DNA of 37,056 nucleotides, taken from NCBI GenBank assembly GCA_024704765.1, contig JAKMXF010000305.1, positions 1-37,056 of the forward strand, written 5' to 3'. The DNA comes from Oopsacas minuta. Lineage: Eukaryota; Animalia; Porifera. This document shows, one piece after another, positions 19,488 to 32,454 of this stretch. The position numbers and the translations under genes are program-made. The notes beneath the pieces were generated by a model. That model ran no database searches. It saw nothing but the letters and a program-made list of their open reading frames with translations, and was not told where the DNA came from. How positions within the stretch are numbered: the stretch's first letter is position 1; every line of letters begins with the position of its first letter.

Positions 19488-21983
19488 CTATTGTAGTTCG
19501 ATCCGACGCGGTTGACACTCAGAAAATTTTGTAACCACTTCATCTGCTTCCAGGCTCACATCTCGATGACACTGCATCATAAGTAGTCCGTTGAGCCTAT
19601 CCTCTGTTGTGGTACTTCGAAGTGATGATTTGGCGAGTTTCAACACGCTAATTGATCTTTCGCATTCACAGCTTGTGACTGAAAGTGTCTCCATCATATG
19701 GAATAACGTGCTAATATTGGGAAAGAAGTCCTTATCTATGTTCACTAGAGCCTTTTCTGGAGTATCTAACTCCTTTGCTAGGCTAGCTTCTTTTCCCATT
19801 TTCTGTGCCACAATTGAAGCTCTGCATAAAGTGATCTGATGCAGGGAAGATCATCTGCGTACATATCCAAGATGTGGGATATCTGTTGATGTTGTACTTG
19901 CACCTTAGAAGCAACCTGTTTTGAAAGGAAGCAAATCCATGAACTCATTTAGGTTGACTGAGGAAGCATCGTCAAAGCGACTGTCCAGCTCAGTTACGTG
20001 GTAGTCAAGCATCTGAATAGTCAATGTACGTTTGTAGTAATCCCGTGTATTGTCTGAAGGGATGTTCTGCCTATGCTGCTGTCTGCTAGCAAGTCGGGGA
20101 ACTGATTCATCAACATCGACATTTGAAGCAAGTAGTAGGGCTTCTTTATAGACTATTTCATGGAAGTTGTCGACTCTAAAACGAGTTCTTTTGAGGGTAT
20201 CTTTAACACACTGTATTTGTTGGTGTGCATAGACCACAGCGACGTAGCGACCTTGCAGCTTTACACTGAGTTCATTTGTAAACGCAAATACCTTCTGTGT
20301 AAAGACCAAAGCTACAATGAAAGTGAACTGGGATATTGCTAACAGGAAACTCTGTGCGTCATGGCGTGTCTCTCTATTCCATGCCACATCTTTTGCATGA
20401 GCCATCTCTTCCAGGCAACAGAATGTTGGTAGGAATAAATCTAAGAAAATCTCGAAGGCTTCATGCCGTTCTATCCACCTTGTTCGACACATTTCTTTAA
20501 GCTTGTGTCGCTTCTTGCCTTGGAGGATGTCATCGATCCACTTCTCCAGAGCAAACTGCCTCTTTGGTGAGTATTTGTAGAAACGAGATATAGAATCTGC
20601 AGTCTGCATCATATTACTCACTTCTCAGATGCTGCAGCATTTGACAATGCACAATGAGAGTATAAGGCTTTGGGATACTTTGCACATATGCGAGCAGCTA
20701 CACCTTTAGTTTGGCCTGCCATTGCTCCTGCTGCATCATATGTTTGCCCCCTGAGCAGCTGTGGTTCTAGCTGTGTGAGTATCATGTTGGCACTGGCCTC
20801 ACCTGTGGTACCTGCCTCGCACTTCAGAACGCCCATAAACCTCTCACACGGAGTACCATTTTGTACAAAACACGAATGCTCAGCGAGAGTTGCTAGATAT
20901 TAGCAAGGTCAGTGGCCTCATCTGCTACTATAGAGAAAAACCGAGCAGTGCGGATGCTTCTGAGGAGTTTTGCACATATAAGATCACCACAGATAGTAAT
21001 CAACTGGTTTTGAATTCCATAGCTTGTGTACCTAGCATTGCCTTTAGGGTTTTCCAGATGGCCCTTCAAAGCACAATCACCAGCCTGAACACGGAAGTGC
21101 AGCAAAGCTAAGAAGTTGCCAGATTGGCGAGTGGATTTTCTTGAACATCAGGATTGTCATCGCGATGGCCTCTCAAAGAGATCCCTTGCTTTCCACAAAG
21201 GATTACAGTCTCAACAATAGATTTGAGCTTGAGACAATTTTTGGCAATGTTCTTTCTCCTTATTGAGCTAAGCTGACAATCCATTGCCAATTCCTTCTTT
21301 TCCATTACATCAAGGAATGACATAGCTGCTCCTACAGCTGACTGATGTGATTTCCTCCCCTTTGAAGCTTTTCCATGGAAGTGCTCACTCAAGATCTCAC
21401 TGGCTTTCTTAAAGTTGATAAATGGCCTCTTTACGAAGACCCCTAGCCGCGAAACTGATTGACCGCACTTAGCAAACAACACACAAAACTTGCAATAGCC
21501 TCCATTATCTGTCACAAGGAGCATAGCCCGTTATACTTACCCAACCAACTGTGTTGAAAGGACCGCTGATGCCCACTGATCTCAAACGTAGGAAATGCAT
21601 AACAAGGAGATGGCACAAAGCAGTGCTTGAGCAAGGCCAACTTCTGAGTATCACTAAGACTGCGAGTAGTCTTTAGCTCAACTACCTTACCAAAGTCACC
21701 TGAACAAATGGGTAGATGTATATACTGCTATAAAGCGGAGGAAATACTTGTACCGGGCCCACTGGGTTGCTGGTCTGCGCTATTCACATGCTGTTCCTGT
21801 AAGTAAGATATTGTCTCGCTGGAAGATGCAATTCCATTCATCTCATCGTCAACTTCTGAATGTGGTTGAGACAGGGGGAGAAGTGGGGACCCTTCTGGGA
21901 GTGTGGGATCCTTCTGGTTGGGGGGAGGTTTTGGTATCTGAAAAATTGTTTCAGATTACCACACTGCCGTTTGGTACCAGCTA
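19488..21983 (-). pseudogene. hAT transposase pseudogene (TTF-type zinc finger, DUF4371-like region, hAT dimerization domain)
   Basis: RSFQHSWL..YCKFCVLF, CGKQGISLRGHRDD, IQNQLI, FSIVADEATD, RGQTYD.A.AMAG, CRTRWIERH, FPNI..VTSCECERSISVLK..LRST..RLNGL; a few frameshifts, stops and a short deletion. The start codon is not intact. Confidence 0.92.
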
Positions 21984-22279
21984 GCTGAAAGTCGTTATTA
22001 CCACGCCTTATTGCTATATTGAATATTCTAGAACTGGGTATTAACACGCCTTAATTTTACTCATATACTAAAAGAACCCTGTTCTACAGTATAGCCGTAA
22101 AAACTATCTAGAACCGTGGGAAGTGAGGCCCTTTACATATATAGTATTAATACGTTCCAAGGTAGGAACACCGAGGGGGGGTCCTAGGACCCCTAAGACC
22201 CCCCCCCTGGATCCGCCCCTGCATAACTAGTGAATAGCGACAAACGATGGATTTTTGAAACATTTGTAAAGTTCATTTC

Positions 22280-23740
22280 GTGTCCGGACACCTTGCAGAA
22301 AGACATCTTGCCGAATGACATCTTGCGGGAAGATAACAAATTAATCATATGGAACTAATTATATTCATAGAATAATTTATTTAGTGAATGGTAGGTGTTT
22401 ATACACATTCTACCAGTATAATCGCTATAAATACTGACAATATCGAGTACATACTATTATCGATAAAATGGAATTGACATCAACAATTTTCGGAGGAAAG
22501 AAGCTGATATAATGGTTACATATATATCAAAGATAAATATTCTGATCATTTAACTTATTGGCGTTGTGAGAACAGAGGTTTATTGCAATAGTCGTATGAT
22601 AACATATAGAATAAACGGATTTGTGAAAAAGTCACCTCTAAACCACAATCATCAACCCGATTTGGCATCTGTTGAGGCAGTTAAAACTATAGAAGCGATC
22701 AAAATTACGATCTACACTAACTGAAGAAGTTACTTCTTCGGTAATCCAGAATGCAACAAACTCAATCTCAATTGTTGCAGCAGTAAAGCTTCCCATTAAA
22801 TAATGCTTGTCTAAAATTGTACGACACACGAGGAAACTTCCAGATATAGATTTTTAAGAATCTATACATACACAAGAGGCCAACAATTTTAATCTCCAAC
22901 AATCCAGAGATTGATCTAATTATCCTCTGAACAGAAGAAAACATCAGAATGCTAGCTCGAAACCCAAATTGATTTGCCATGGTATATTTGATTCGCAACA
23001 CTTGGATACCAATTATACACTGTCCATGCGGTATTAACTGAGACGGTGACAATTCCTGTAATCTTTTGTATAGCTAAACTACAACAGACGTGATGTACAA
23101 TCAAATCTACTCTACTCTGAAGGAGAGTGATCCTTCATTACAACCTGATACGATAATGATCGATTTTGAAAGAGCTGCTTTAAACATTCTTACACAGAAT
23201 TTTCCAAATGCAGTACTTTAGGGGTGTTATTTTCATTTTGGGCAAGCGATTTGGCGACAGATTCAGGCCTTAGGATTTCGACTTCGCTACCAATATGATA
23301 AAGAATTCGCTGTGGTTATGAGCAATTTCGGGCATTAGCATTTGTACCGGAAGTAAATGTCATTCCATGTTATGGAGAACTCATTGATTCCCTATATAAT
23401 GATCTAGTAGATGACTTAAGTGATTTCATTCACTACTTTGAGAAGACATGGATTGGGTCAGAACATCATGGATGAAGGCGACGTCCGTTATTTTCCATAG
23501 AACTATGGAATGTTAGAGAAGAGTAGAACGAGTTCTGCCCACAGACGAATGATTCTGTGGAGGGCTGGCATAGAGCATTTGATATAAGAATCAACACAAC
23601 ACATGCAACACTCTCTAAACTAAAACGCAAAAATATTTTGGAATAGAGTGATAACGAAATTACACTAGAAAAAGTAGAGGTGGACATGAACTGCCGAAAT
23701 CTTAGAAGAAGTACGTTCAACCTTTGGGCATATTTTCCAA
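22280..23740 (+). mobile_element. Mutator (MULE) element remnant with FLYWCH-MULE transposase pseudogene (from ~22468)
   Basis: Left TIR-like repeats GACATCTTGCCGAA; GGKKLIYNGYIY..TYWRCE..HNH (FLYWCH); MIDFERAA-like segment, GCYFHFGQAIWRQIQ, RALAFVP, YFEKTWIG, LWNV, SVEGWH. Right TIR not found. Confidence 0.85.
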
Positions 23741-23861
23741 TAACTTGACACCTTCAACGTTGTGCTCTAACATACATATATTCTATACCTGAATTCTTAT
23801 ACCCTGGTAACACTGGTCAACAAAATTCTCTGCAGTTTGAACTATTTGTATTCCTTTAAGG

Positions 23862-23925
23862 CAGTGGTTCTCAAACTGTGGTACACCAGCATTGATTTCG
23901 GGGGACGCAGAAATTTTCTTCCAAA
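23862..23925. mobile_element. Orphan Charlie/Buster-type hAT terminus
   Basis: CAGTGGTTCTCAAACTGTGGTAC..; same TIR class as 12399; no partner end found. Confidence 0.6.
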
Positions 23926-26884
23926 TGTGTCTATATTGTATTCATATCAAAAGATTCCTGGATAATTTCAATCTTAAGAAACGAAGTTCTTGACTAGATG
24001 TGTTGTTAAATGTCTCCGATAAGAATTTTATTTATGCTCTACCCAAGTATTATAGTATTACACGAGGATCCATTATTTCTTCCTTTGGTAATATATGTAC
24101 TTCTAGGATAGTGAGTGGAATTTTCCATCTTTAACACCTGTCCCTTTTTGCAAAATGTTAGGATAAATGGTAATTTAATTGTGTAATCTCTATATTGTTC
24201 TCAAGGAGGTGATTACATCATAAATATTCCGGTAAAGTTTCGTGCTTTTCTAAAAATGTATTATTGAGCTACAACTAATTCAGGATCATAGCCTTATCAA
24301 GAGATAGTTAGAATTTGTAAAATTACAATTTGTGGTATTGCAATTTGTGAAGCATACCATTCGTGACATTGGTTTGATATTTAGTTTGAAGTATTCGAGA
24401 GGGAAACAAAATTACATTTATCATAGTTGACAAGTCTTACGAATCCAAAGTGAGCCAAGTATTTGTATTTTTACACAATCTTTCAGTTATTACTGTGATC
24501 ATGGCGAATTGAACACTATTGCCCTATACCTTACGGTGGTGTAGGGAAGCCCCCAACTTTTCGCAAAATTTGTCGCTAACACTAGTCTACTGGAGTTGTC
24601 TTTGCCTTGTTGCCCAATTTACAGAAACATGATATTTTTACTATATCCTACTCAGTAGGTCCAATTTCCACAAGCTTCATACAGCCATTTAATAATAATA
24701 ATGTATTATTAATCTGAGAAATACTTTTCGCTCGCTCGCTACCCTCGCTCGGAAAATATATAATACTTAGCACTTGAAACCGCCTATTACCATATCATAT
24801 TTTACAATATTTTTCCCTGCTAATACGCGAATTTTCTATAATGTACATAAATTTCTTATTAAAATTGCACTATATGTCCATGTAGAAAGATGATTATTGT
24901 ATGGCGGATTTTGCTATTAGACTAATTGCTGATATGCGGTTTACACTCTACATAAACTATACACGATGCAACTTACGCATGCAATTTTGTTTCAAGCAAA
25001 AGCAACAACGCGGTGCACATTGGTACTTGAAAACAAATTTAAATTGTGTATTGCGTGCTTTACTTTTGCATGCCGAAGCAATTATTTCGCAAAGTCATAG
25101 AATGTATATAATTGTAAACACTAACGTAACACTATCTATTATTTTTCCTATACTTCTGAGCTATCTCAGTAAAAATGGTACTAATCTACTACTGGAATTT
25201 GGCTTAGAATATGATTCGGAGCTACTTTATCATTCTCTATCTTTTTCTCCTTCCAATTCATACTTGTAAATTATTTCGGGCTCCCTCAGTTTGTTAATAT
25301 GCAGTGATGTTCAAAATGCGGTTGACTTCCACTTTGGTTCATTCTTATTAACAGCTCCAATTTCCCAAACAATTTACAATCTATTCAGAATTATAGGTAA
25401 GAGTGTTACTCTTCGCAAATAGATATCCGTTCCCAAATCATTGCTTGGATTAGACTTATTGTGTAATAGATAACCGATTTAAAAGAAAAATAGAATTTAT
25501 TGGACTTTCTATATACAGATTGCTAATAGGGCTCTCAGGGGCCACGTAATTTCCACACAATCTGCTCTCATAGAAAGCAATGAAAATGTATAATTATGTG
25601 GGTCTCTATCACTCGGCTGTTGAGATAAATTTATCCATGCAGTGGTGGTGAAAGGGAAATTATATAAGGTTGTAACTTGTGTAATTATCTCGATCGATAC
25701 TGGTTTGTTACCATAGACCACAAAAGGTAGATTCCATAATTGCATCACTCTATAATTTTTTACTTAAAATTCACTTATGAAGTTAACAAGCGATGTGCGC
25801 AGTGAGGTATGAATTCCTAAATATTTACTGTTTAACCTCAATTACATGGGTCTTAGTAAATGGTGAACTTCTATAAGCGATGCAATTGTATTTACGTCTC
25901 ACTTTCATTCACTTCAGCGAAACGAACATTTTAAAGCTGAAAATTCTAAGAAAAAAACAAAATTTATCTTGATAATTTTGTCTTTATCGCAATGATAGAT
26001 TTTTATCTTTACTTTCTACAGGAAAATGTCATAAATTTTCCATCATAGAATAATGCCGGAAGGCTCGTGTTAAAGGTTGAAAGACTCTCAGTAACAATGA
26101 TAAGTGGGTGATAGGCTGAAATACTAATATTTACATTCCCGACCTCACCTACCTAGGAACTTCGACTGTACAAACTACATATTTTATATATTGGGTATAT
26201 ATTATACACAGATGAGCCAATAGCTACGCCCTTGAAGTGACGTACAAAGATGTTCCTTATACTCATGCCACGAATAGTATCTATTCCTTTTCTAAAGATA
26301 TTTATCAACAAGAAATATTGATACCTTATCCTCAAAACCATAGCGAATTCTAATACCAAGTTATTCGAAGGGTATATTATAAAATTGAGTGAAATTTTCA
26401 ACATTTCAAAGCAATAAGCATTCAATATTAATCAATTGGGGCACTAATTATAGTATAACAAAATGGTTCATTTCAAAATAGTCCACCTCATAAATCGCTG
26501 TCTCTGGTCCAAAAATTCAATGGACTATCATTACCTTCGTTATAGAATGATATGAGTCAGATTTGGCTTGAAATTCAATTCAAATTACTACATTGATATG
26601 GCTTATGAGTGTATTTTTAGTGTTTCATTTTCATTTTTCCCACCGATTTCGAACTCATTGACCAGCATTTTCGGCATATATTTCACCAATAGGTGTGAAA
26701 ATATGATCAATCATGTTAAATGATTAATAAGTGTACGTGTTTACACTAAATAGTGTGTATTGATCAGTAAAATTGCCGTCTACAATCAATACATACTAAC
26801 ATATTACAGTATGTATATTTTAAGTTTGATATACTTTTGAAACATCAGTACGTATTTCAATGAAAGATTTTCAGTCTTTCCAGA

Positions 26885-26929
26885 TTGGAGGGTCCAAGGA
26901 CCTCCAGGCGCCCCTCTTCCACGCCTCTG
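26885..26929. mobile_element. Orphan hAT right end
   Basis: GGAGGGTCCAAGGACCTCCAGGCGCCCCTCTTCCACGCCTCTG; the inverse starts CAGAGGCG, fitting the hAT YAGNGNNG consensus; no partner or TSD found. Confidence 0.55.
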
Positions 26930-27444
26930 CTCCACGTTAGAATCACTTCTCTATTTTTGTGTAGACGGGACTGGACTGGACTGCCTCTAGCCCCGCTGTG
27001 CAGATTGGCGCTGCCAGACCCTGTATCTGCCACATACTACGTTGCACAAATCTCAATATAGGATAGGAAAATGTGCATTGGCCCTTGGAAGTTATTAATT
27101 GAGGACCCCTATTCTTAAGCAATAAATATGGTGAAATAATTGACCATAGTAGAAGGGAAAAACATAATTTATATTTTGAGTTGTGAAGCATAGGCGAGGT
27201 TGGGGAAATAGTCCACTACATTTCGTCGTAACGCGAAATTAAACTTTCTCAATAACAATTCTTCTAGCATTTACATATTGTGAGGATGCTCACTAAGGGA
27301 TACTATTTATTTATGGAATGAAATCTGCCCTTGCAAGTAGTACACCGGGTATTTATAGTTTCGAGTAGTATGAATAATTCATGGATGATAATTTTGAATT
27401 ATTATTCATAAAAAGAGGAATTTGACCTCAACTATTATTTCTTA

Positions 27445-27648
27445 CCGTATTTCCCTGAATTTGCGGCTGGGCGATTGTTTTGTGGGCATTTTTTCGCATA
27501 ATTTTTGTATAATTTTGAAAATACATTGAATAGTAAAATGAGGAGTAAAATTCATGTAAATTAATATTCTTCTAGAAGGTGGTGATAAAATTTATTCACA
27601 AGTATTTAAGCCTTTTTCTTGCCCCGATGCTTATTCAGGAAAATAACT
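27445..27648. mobile_element. Highly decayed TA-flanked MITE (tentative)
   Basis: TA-CCGTATTTCCCTGAAT.. versus the inverse of ..ATTCAGGAAAATAACT-TA; only partial identity. Confidence 0.35.
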
Positions 27649-28562
27649 TATACATTTACTTACAGATTAAGTGAGTTTTATTTGTATAGTTTGTGAATTG
27701 ATTCATTCATGGTTTATTCAAAAGAATATTTCATGAATGATTCAATTATTTATGAATTATTTTTTCATTATTCTTGACGATTTTCAATGAATTTGTCAAC
27801 TTAGGGTTTTATACAGGTGGGGGACCTTTGTGGTACCATGAGATACACCATTAATTCATACTATCAATAGTCAGGTAGGATATACCAACATAAATTTAAA
27901 TGCCATCAAAGCAGTATAAGCCCAAACACCTATAGCTGCCTTCTTTTCCTCTTCAAGATGAATATTCTCTATGAATCCCTGCTATTGGCTTGAAGTGTAT
28001 TACACCTGGTCCCGATCATTTCGTTAATAAGGGAGTTTAATCTACGCAATTGATGTATGTAATCTTCCACATTTCGTAGTATAAACTCAAACATTTTATT
28101 CTAACATTTTTTGCTTTGGACAATGATATTATGTCTAATTGTTTTGTTTTGTTATTCCATCTCTGAATAACTTTATATCGTGGTAATGTTTCATCTTTTT
28201 GTAGATTCTGACTTTTATTTCCATAATATGATCACATCTCTTGAATAATTTTTGACTGTAGTCAAGATGTCTTATAAATCAAGTTCGCATAATACCGAAC
28301 CGACTCCTAGTTCTCATACTCTTCACCTTGAGGATAATATTGATGTTTCTTTCATTCAACAGCAATCCAAATTGGACAATTTCAACCCCTCCAAACCACC
28401 TCCTTTTTATGATAAACTTTTCCCTGTTAAACATAAAATATCAATCCCTACCCAAGAATCATATATGGTACGATACCAACTAGTCTACTTCACCTTGTAT
28501 TCGTTTTGTTGTTGTTTATATATGCTATTTATTATTCAATTTCTCATCGACTTACTTTGATA

Positions 28563-28796
28563 CCTTAAACTGGGTCTACTTTGGCTTACTGGGTTTGCTT
28601 TAGCCAAATATCAAAGTTTCAAAGAGCTAGATTAGATTCAGTATTATACTTGAAAATGACTGACCAAATTTTAAACGAATTTTGAAATATCGGTAGACAA
28701 TTTCGAATACAACTACAATATCTATTCGATACGTAAGCAAATTTCAATATTTGGGCTAAAGCAAACCCAGTGGGCCAAAGTAGCCCCGGTTCACGG
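28563..28796. mobile_element. pogo/Fot1-type MITE (234 bp)
   Basis: ~50-bp TIRs CC(T/G)T(A/G)AAC(T/C)GGG(T/G)CTACTTTGGC..ACTGGGTTTGCTTTAGCC; TA on both sides (28561-28562, 28797-28798). Confidence 0.9.
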
Positions 28797-28807
28797 TATA
28801 TGATCAG

Positions 28808-29656
28808 CAGTGGCGAATCTAGGAATTGCTAGTAGGGATATTTATCCAGCTGGGTGTCTGGGGCGCTGAAATCCCCCAGTGGGGTCCAGGGGGCCTTGCC
28901 CCTGGACGACAAGCCTTATTCACCATAACATTAGTTCCCTTTCCACTGTACTTCCAATCTCTAATCATCTCTCTTTACTGAAAGTTCTTCGATTTAATAT
29001 GTAGCTCCATTGCCTCACATGTACCTTTATGAATATGTTGTATACATTTACACAAGGTAATTTTCAATACTTTAGCTATATATACATTGTGTTTATTCTT
29101 GGACTAAAAGATTAATTAGCTAATAACTCTAGGGGTCCGAATTAACGGGCGGCTTTGAAAAATTTGGAAATTTATTTTACTGAAGTGGTGGGATATATAG
29201 TTTGTTTACAATCTTCAAAGTATCGAATAAATTTGAATTATTACCTAAGGACTTACTACGGTAGAGTTATTTATAATAGATGTGAATCATGTGATATACC
29301 ATAGATTGCAGGAAATTAATTCCCAGTAAAATTCTATGATCGATGAACGATTTCGACTCAAATATTCGAATTGAATACCGAGGAGGGCGTTGAAAATCCA
29401 CTGGACCCGTCTATTCAGACATCTAGATTACCCAGCATTACAACTTCAGCCTGTAGATTAATACCTGAAATTAGGGCAATATGACATGATACTAATGTTT
29501 AGATGCGATCGGAGCAAGCCCAAATTTACTGTTGTAATAGAGCCAATATTTCAGTATATTCACATTATTTTCCAATATCAATTTGATTCCATCTCATGTA
29601 AATTTATCCTGGTGGGAGGATACATCCCCATCCCTCCCCCTCGCGATACGCCATTG
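28808..29656. mobile_element. Non-autonomous hAT element (849 bp) with a perfect 8-bp TSD
   Basis: Termini CAGTGGCGAATC and the inverse CAATGGCGTATC; TSD ATGATCAG at 28800-28807 and 29657-29664. Confidence 0.9.
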
Positions 29657-29661
29657 ATGAT

Positions 29662-30014
29662 CAGGGTTGGGGCTAATTCCGACTTTCATCGATTACACAT
29701 CTTGTTGTAATCATAATCGTAATCAAATTTATAAAGAGTGTAACATAATCATTCTTTTTTCTTGGGGTTAATTATTTTTGAATTTTGGATATGTACAATT
29801 TCATTCCCATGGTTTATATTTCAATTACAATCACACGGAACAAATTCTCACTTTTGTATCTTATACACTTTCAATTTTCTGATTAGCAGCAAACCGTAAT
29901 CATTGTCATAATCTTGCAAAAATTTATATTCAGCTTTTGAATCGTAGTCTTAATCGCTTTATAATTATCGTGATCTTAATTCAATTCACCAGAATTTATT
30001 CGGCCCCAACTTTG
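29662..30014 (+). mobile_element. hAT-type GATTAC/GTAATC MITE (copy 2, both ends)
   Basis: TIRs CAGGGTTGGGGC and GCCCCAACTTTG; the reconstructed TSD TATATGAT (28797-28804) versus TATATAAT (30015-30022) matches 7/8. Confidence 0.85.
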
Positions 30015-30049
30015 TATATAATTGCTTTTTCTACCATATAGGTTCTCTC

Positions 30050-32454
30050 TAAGGCTGTCGACGAATCCCCATTATCTAAGACCCGGATATCGAATCCTTG
30101 GGCACAGAATACTCGGGTATTTGAATTACAGTGGGATTACATGCTTTTTTTCTTACCTAAAAAGCACATTAAGTCTGCCCATTATATTGCGATATATGTT
30201 AGTCAATCATGCTAAATAGCAATATGATTTAATACAATGGATAACTAAAGACCTATCGTATTATCCTGTCATCAACTAGTAGTAATATTCTGTCAGTCCA
30301 CTATTTTGTAGTATCCTTGAAATGACCTTTCAGAAATACTAATGCATCCAAGGAGGAGTCACTTAAACTAGATCTTAACTTCGTGTTGAAAGGCCTGCTG
30401 CGGAAAATGCTCTTTTTGCTTCTACACTGGTAGGAGGGATAGTATATAGGGATTGTTCCAGCAACTGTAAATTAGAGGATTTACTACAAGTAGACTCAAA
30501 AAGGCTGAATTCTTTAGCCAGAAAATGAAAGTCGTCTTCAAGAATTTTGTTAGTTGTGGATTTGCGAGTAGATTTCCTTAGTTCATCGAGCATTAGACTT
30601 TTGGAAGGAACAAGATTCAAATTTGATAATTCAGTGGTGTTATTAATTTGTGTTGTGTTAGCCTCAATAATATCATTAGTCTCCGCTTGAATTGGGTGTA
30701 GACGTTTGAGTATACCTTTAGCAGTCTTTAGCATGTCGGATTTCTTTATAGAATTATTGATAGATGCTGGATTAAGGAGATATTTCATTAAAGCAACTAT
30801 TTCAATTACTCTTCTGTCATCTATACGTTCCTTTAGGGTTTGAAATACATCAAGTGCCGGTTGTGACCCAATATTATCAATTTGTGAATACATGAAATTA
30901 AATATTCCTTCTGCCGTTAATTGATTAGAATCTCGGCTACATAATGAAGCAACTGCGATTTCTACAGGCTATGGACATTTATGGATATCATCAAGCATTT
31001 CCCATTCATGTTCATAGATGGTAATGATACATGAAACATCAATTAGTGCTTTACTTAATGGTTTTTTCAGTTTCAAAAACCGCTCAATCATAGTGAGTAA
31101 ACTGCTCCATCTAGTTTTGCAATCAAGGATTAATTTTCAATTCCTTTCCGTTTCGAATTTCCTTAACATAACCCTGGAGAATATCATTTTTTGTTGGAGA
31201 TTTCTAAACAACCTTGCAATTATTCTGACCTTATTTATTACGAGCTTCAAATGATGCTTTAGAATCGGTAATATGATATCTATATCATATGGGTCACAAA
31301 TTTCATCATCATCATGAAGCATGTGATCGTGAAGTTCTTCATTCAATTCAACCGGTGAATTTCCGAGTATTTCAATGCTATCGTTAGTTTTGGGATCATA
31401 GAGAACATCACAAACTGCAAGATGGATGGCATGAGCAAAGCAAATTTGGTGAATTGGTTTACAAAGTTTTCCCATTTTGGTCATAACTGAGGCACCATTA
31501 GGTACCACTGCTACAACGTGTTAATTTGATGAATATCGAATTCCTCATGTTTAGATTCAAGAATTCCTTTTGCAGTTCCGGCCGGCATGGTGTTAAATAT
31601 TCTAGCAAGTCCAAGGATCCAAACTTGGAGTTTTAGATGGAGATTGAGACTCATGTACCGTCTGTTGAAATTTGAAGATATTCATCAAGAGTTATACTAA
31701 ATCGAGCATTGTTCTCGAGTATTTCAGCTAATTCTTGCTTAATAGAAGATTTCACTTGTAAAACTATATTCTCTAACTCTGATTGATATAGTAGAATGGC
31801 TCTTCGGTTGTATAAAACCCTTTGCTGATAAGGATGACCTGATAAACTTACTCTGGGAAATTCTTAAATAACTAAATCCATCTTCCGTAGCTAATCGGGA
31901 TAATACTTCACCTAGAGATTGCTGATTAGTGTAATCAAGAAGAGAAACTTGCTTATCATCCAGTTTGATCCTCTTACCTGAAAAAGTGTCCCCTTAGCTT
32001 CTTGAGCATCATCGAGCTTGTTGTGTACGGAAAATAAATGTTTTCTAAGAGCACTTGTACTTCCACCACTACAGCTGAGAATATTACCTGAAATGCATAG
32101 GGAACATTTTACTTTTTCGCCAAATATCTCAAACTGCTTCCAAACTAATGATTTTGATTTAGTTGTTGCCATTTTTCTTTCAAATTGATCAGGACTAACA
32201 TCTATTTAGTATTCATATACTATATATTATACATTGTTATTGTTGATCGGTTACCTTTGAGGATTCCACTAAATATTTTACAGGATTAATTGAATTAGTT
32301 CATTTGTATTCAATATACAATGAACACTATACTATTCCTTGTATAATATTATATTACCCAGGTACCCGAGGCTTCAATTACCCGGGTATCGAATATTAAT
32401 CGGATTATAGGAACCGAGTATACCCGGGTCTGAGAGAACCGGGTCCCACCACCA
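30050..32454 (-). mobile_element. hAT transposon with BED-finger transposase, 2405 bp
   Basis: 8-bp direct repeat GTTCTCTC at 30042-30049 and 32455-32462; decayed termini TAAGGCTG and inverse TGGTGGTG, each one change from YAGNGNNG; ACCCGGG-type subterminal repeats at both ends. Confidence 0.8.
30301..32172 (-). pseudogene. BED-finger hAT transposase pseudogene
   Basis: KSLVWKQF..KCSLC..GGSTSALRKHL..H (BED), FSITLDE, CFAHAIHLAVCDVLY, CKTRWSSLLTMIERF, IPPTSVEAKRAFSAAGL..KLRSSLSD; frameshifts and stops. Confidence 0.92.

Larger units (their letters stand above)
18870..22221 (-). mobile_element. hAT transposon with THAP12/PRKRIR-like transposase, 3352 bp
   Basis: Perfect 15-bp TIR CAGGGGCGGATCCAG at 18870 and its inverse ending at 22221; G/C-run subterminal regions; near-complete transposase inside. 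No matching 8-bp TSD. Confidence 0.92.

Noticed and set aside
25530-25575. Kinase-like RLCGNYVAPE on the minus strand
   Set aside because: Isolated motif; no HRD or DFG at the proper distance and the frame has several stops.
26020-26400. Possible host exons (acceptor-like CTACAG/ACACAG, moderately open frames)
   Set aside because: Stops in all frames, an implausibly short intron and no recognisable domain.
24534-26929. A single 2.4-kb non-autonomous hAT joining CGGTGGTGTAGG (24534) to the right end at 26929
   Set aside because: Termini match only about 9/16 and the 8-bp flanks (ATACCTTA, CTCCACGT) do not match.
24901-28560. ORFs 24901-25269, 26153-26425, 26943-27191 and 28252-28560 as genes
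   Set aside because: Low-information translations of AT-rich DNA with no recognisable motif.
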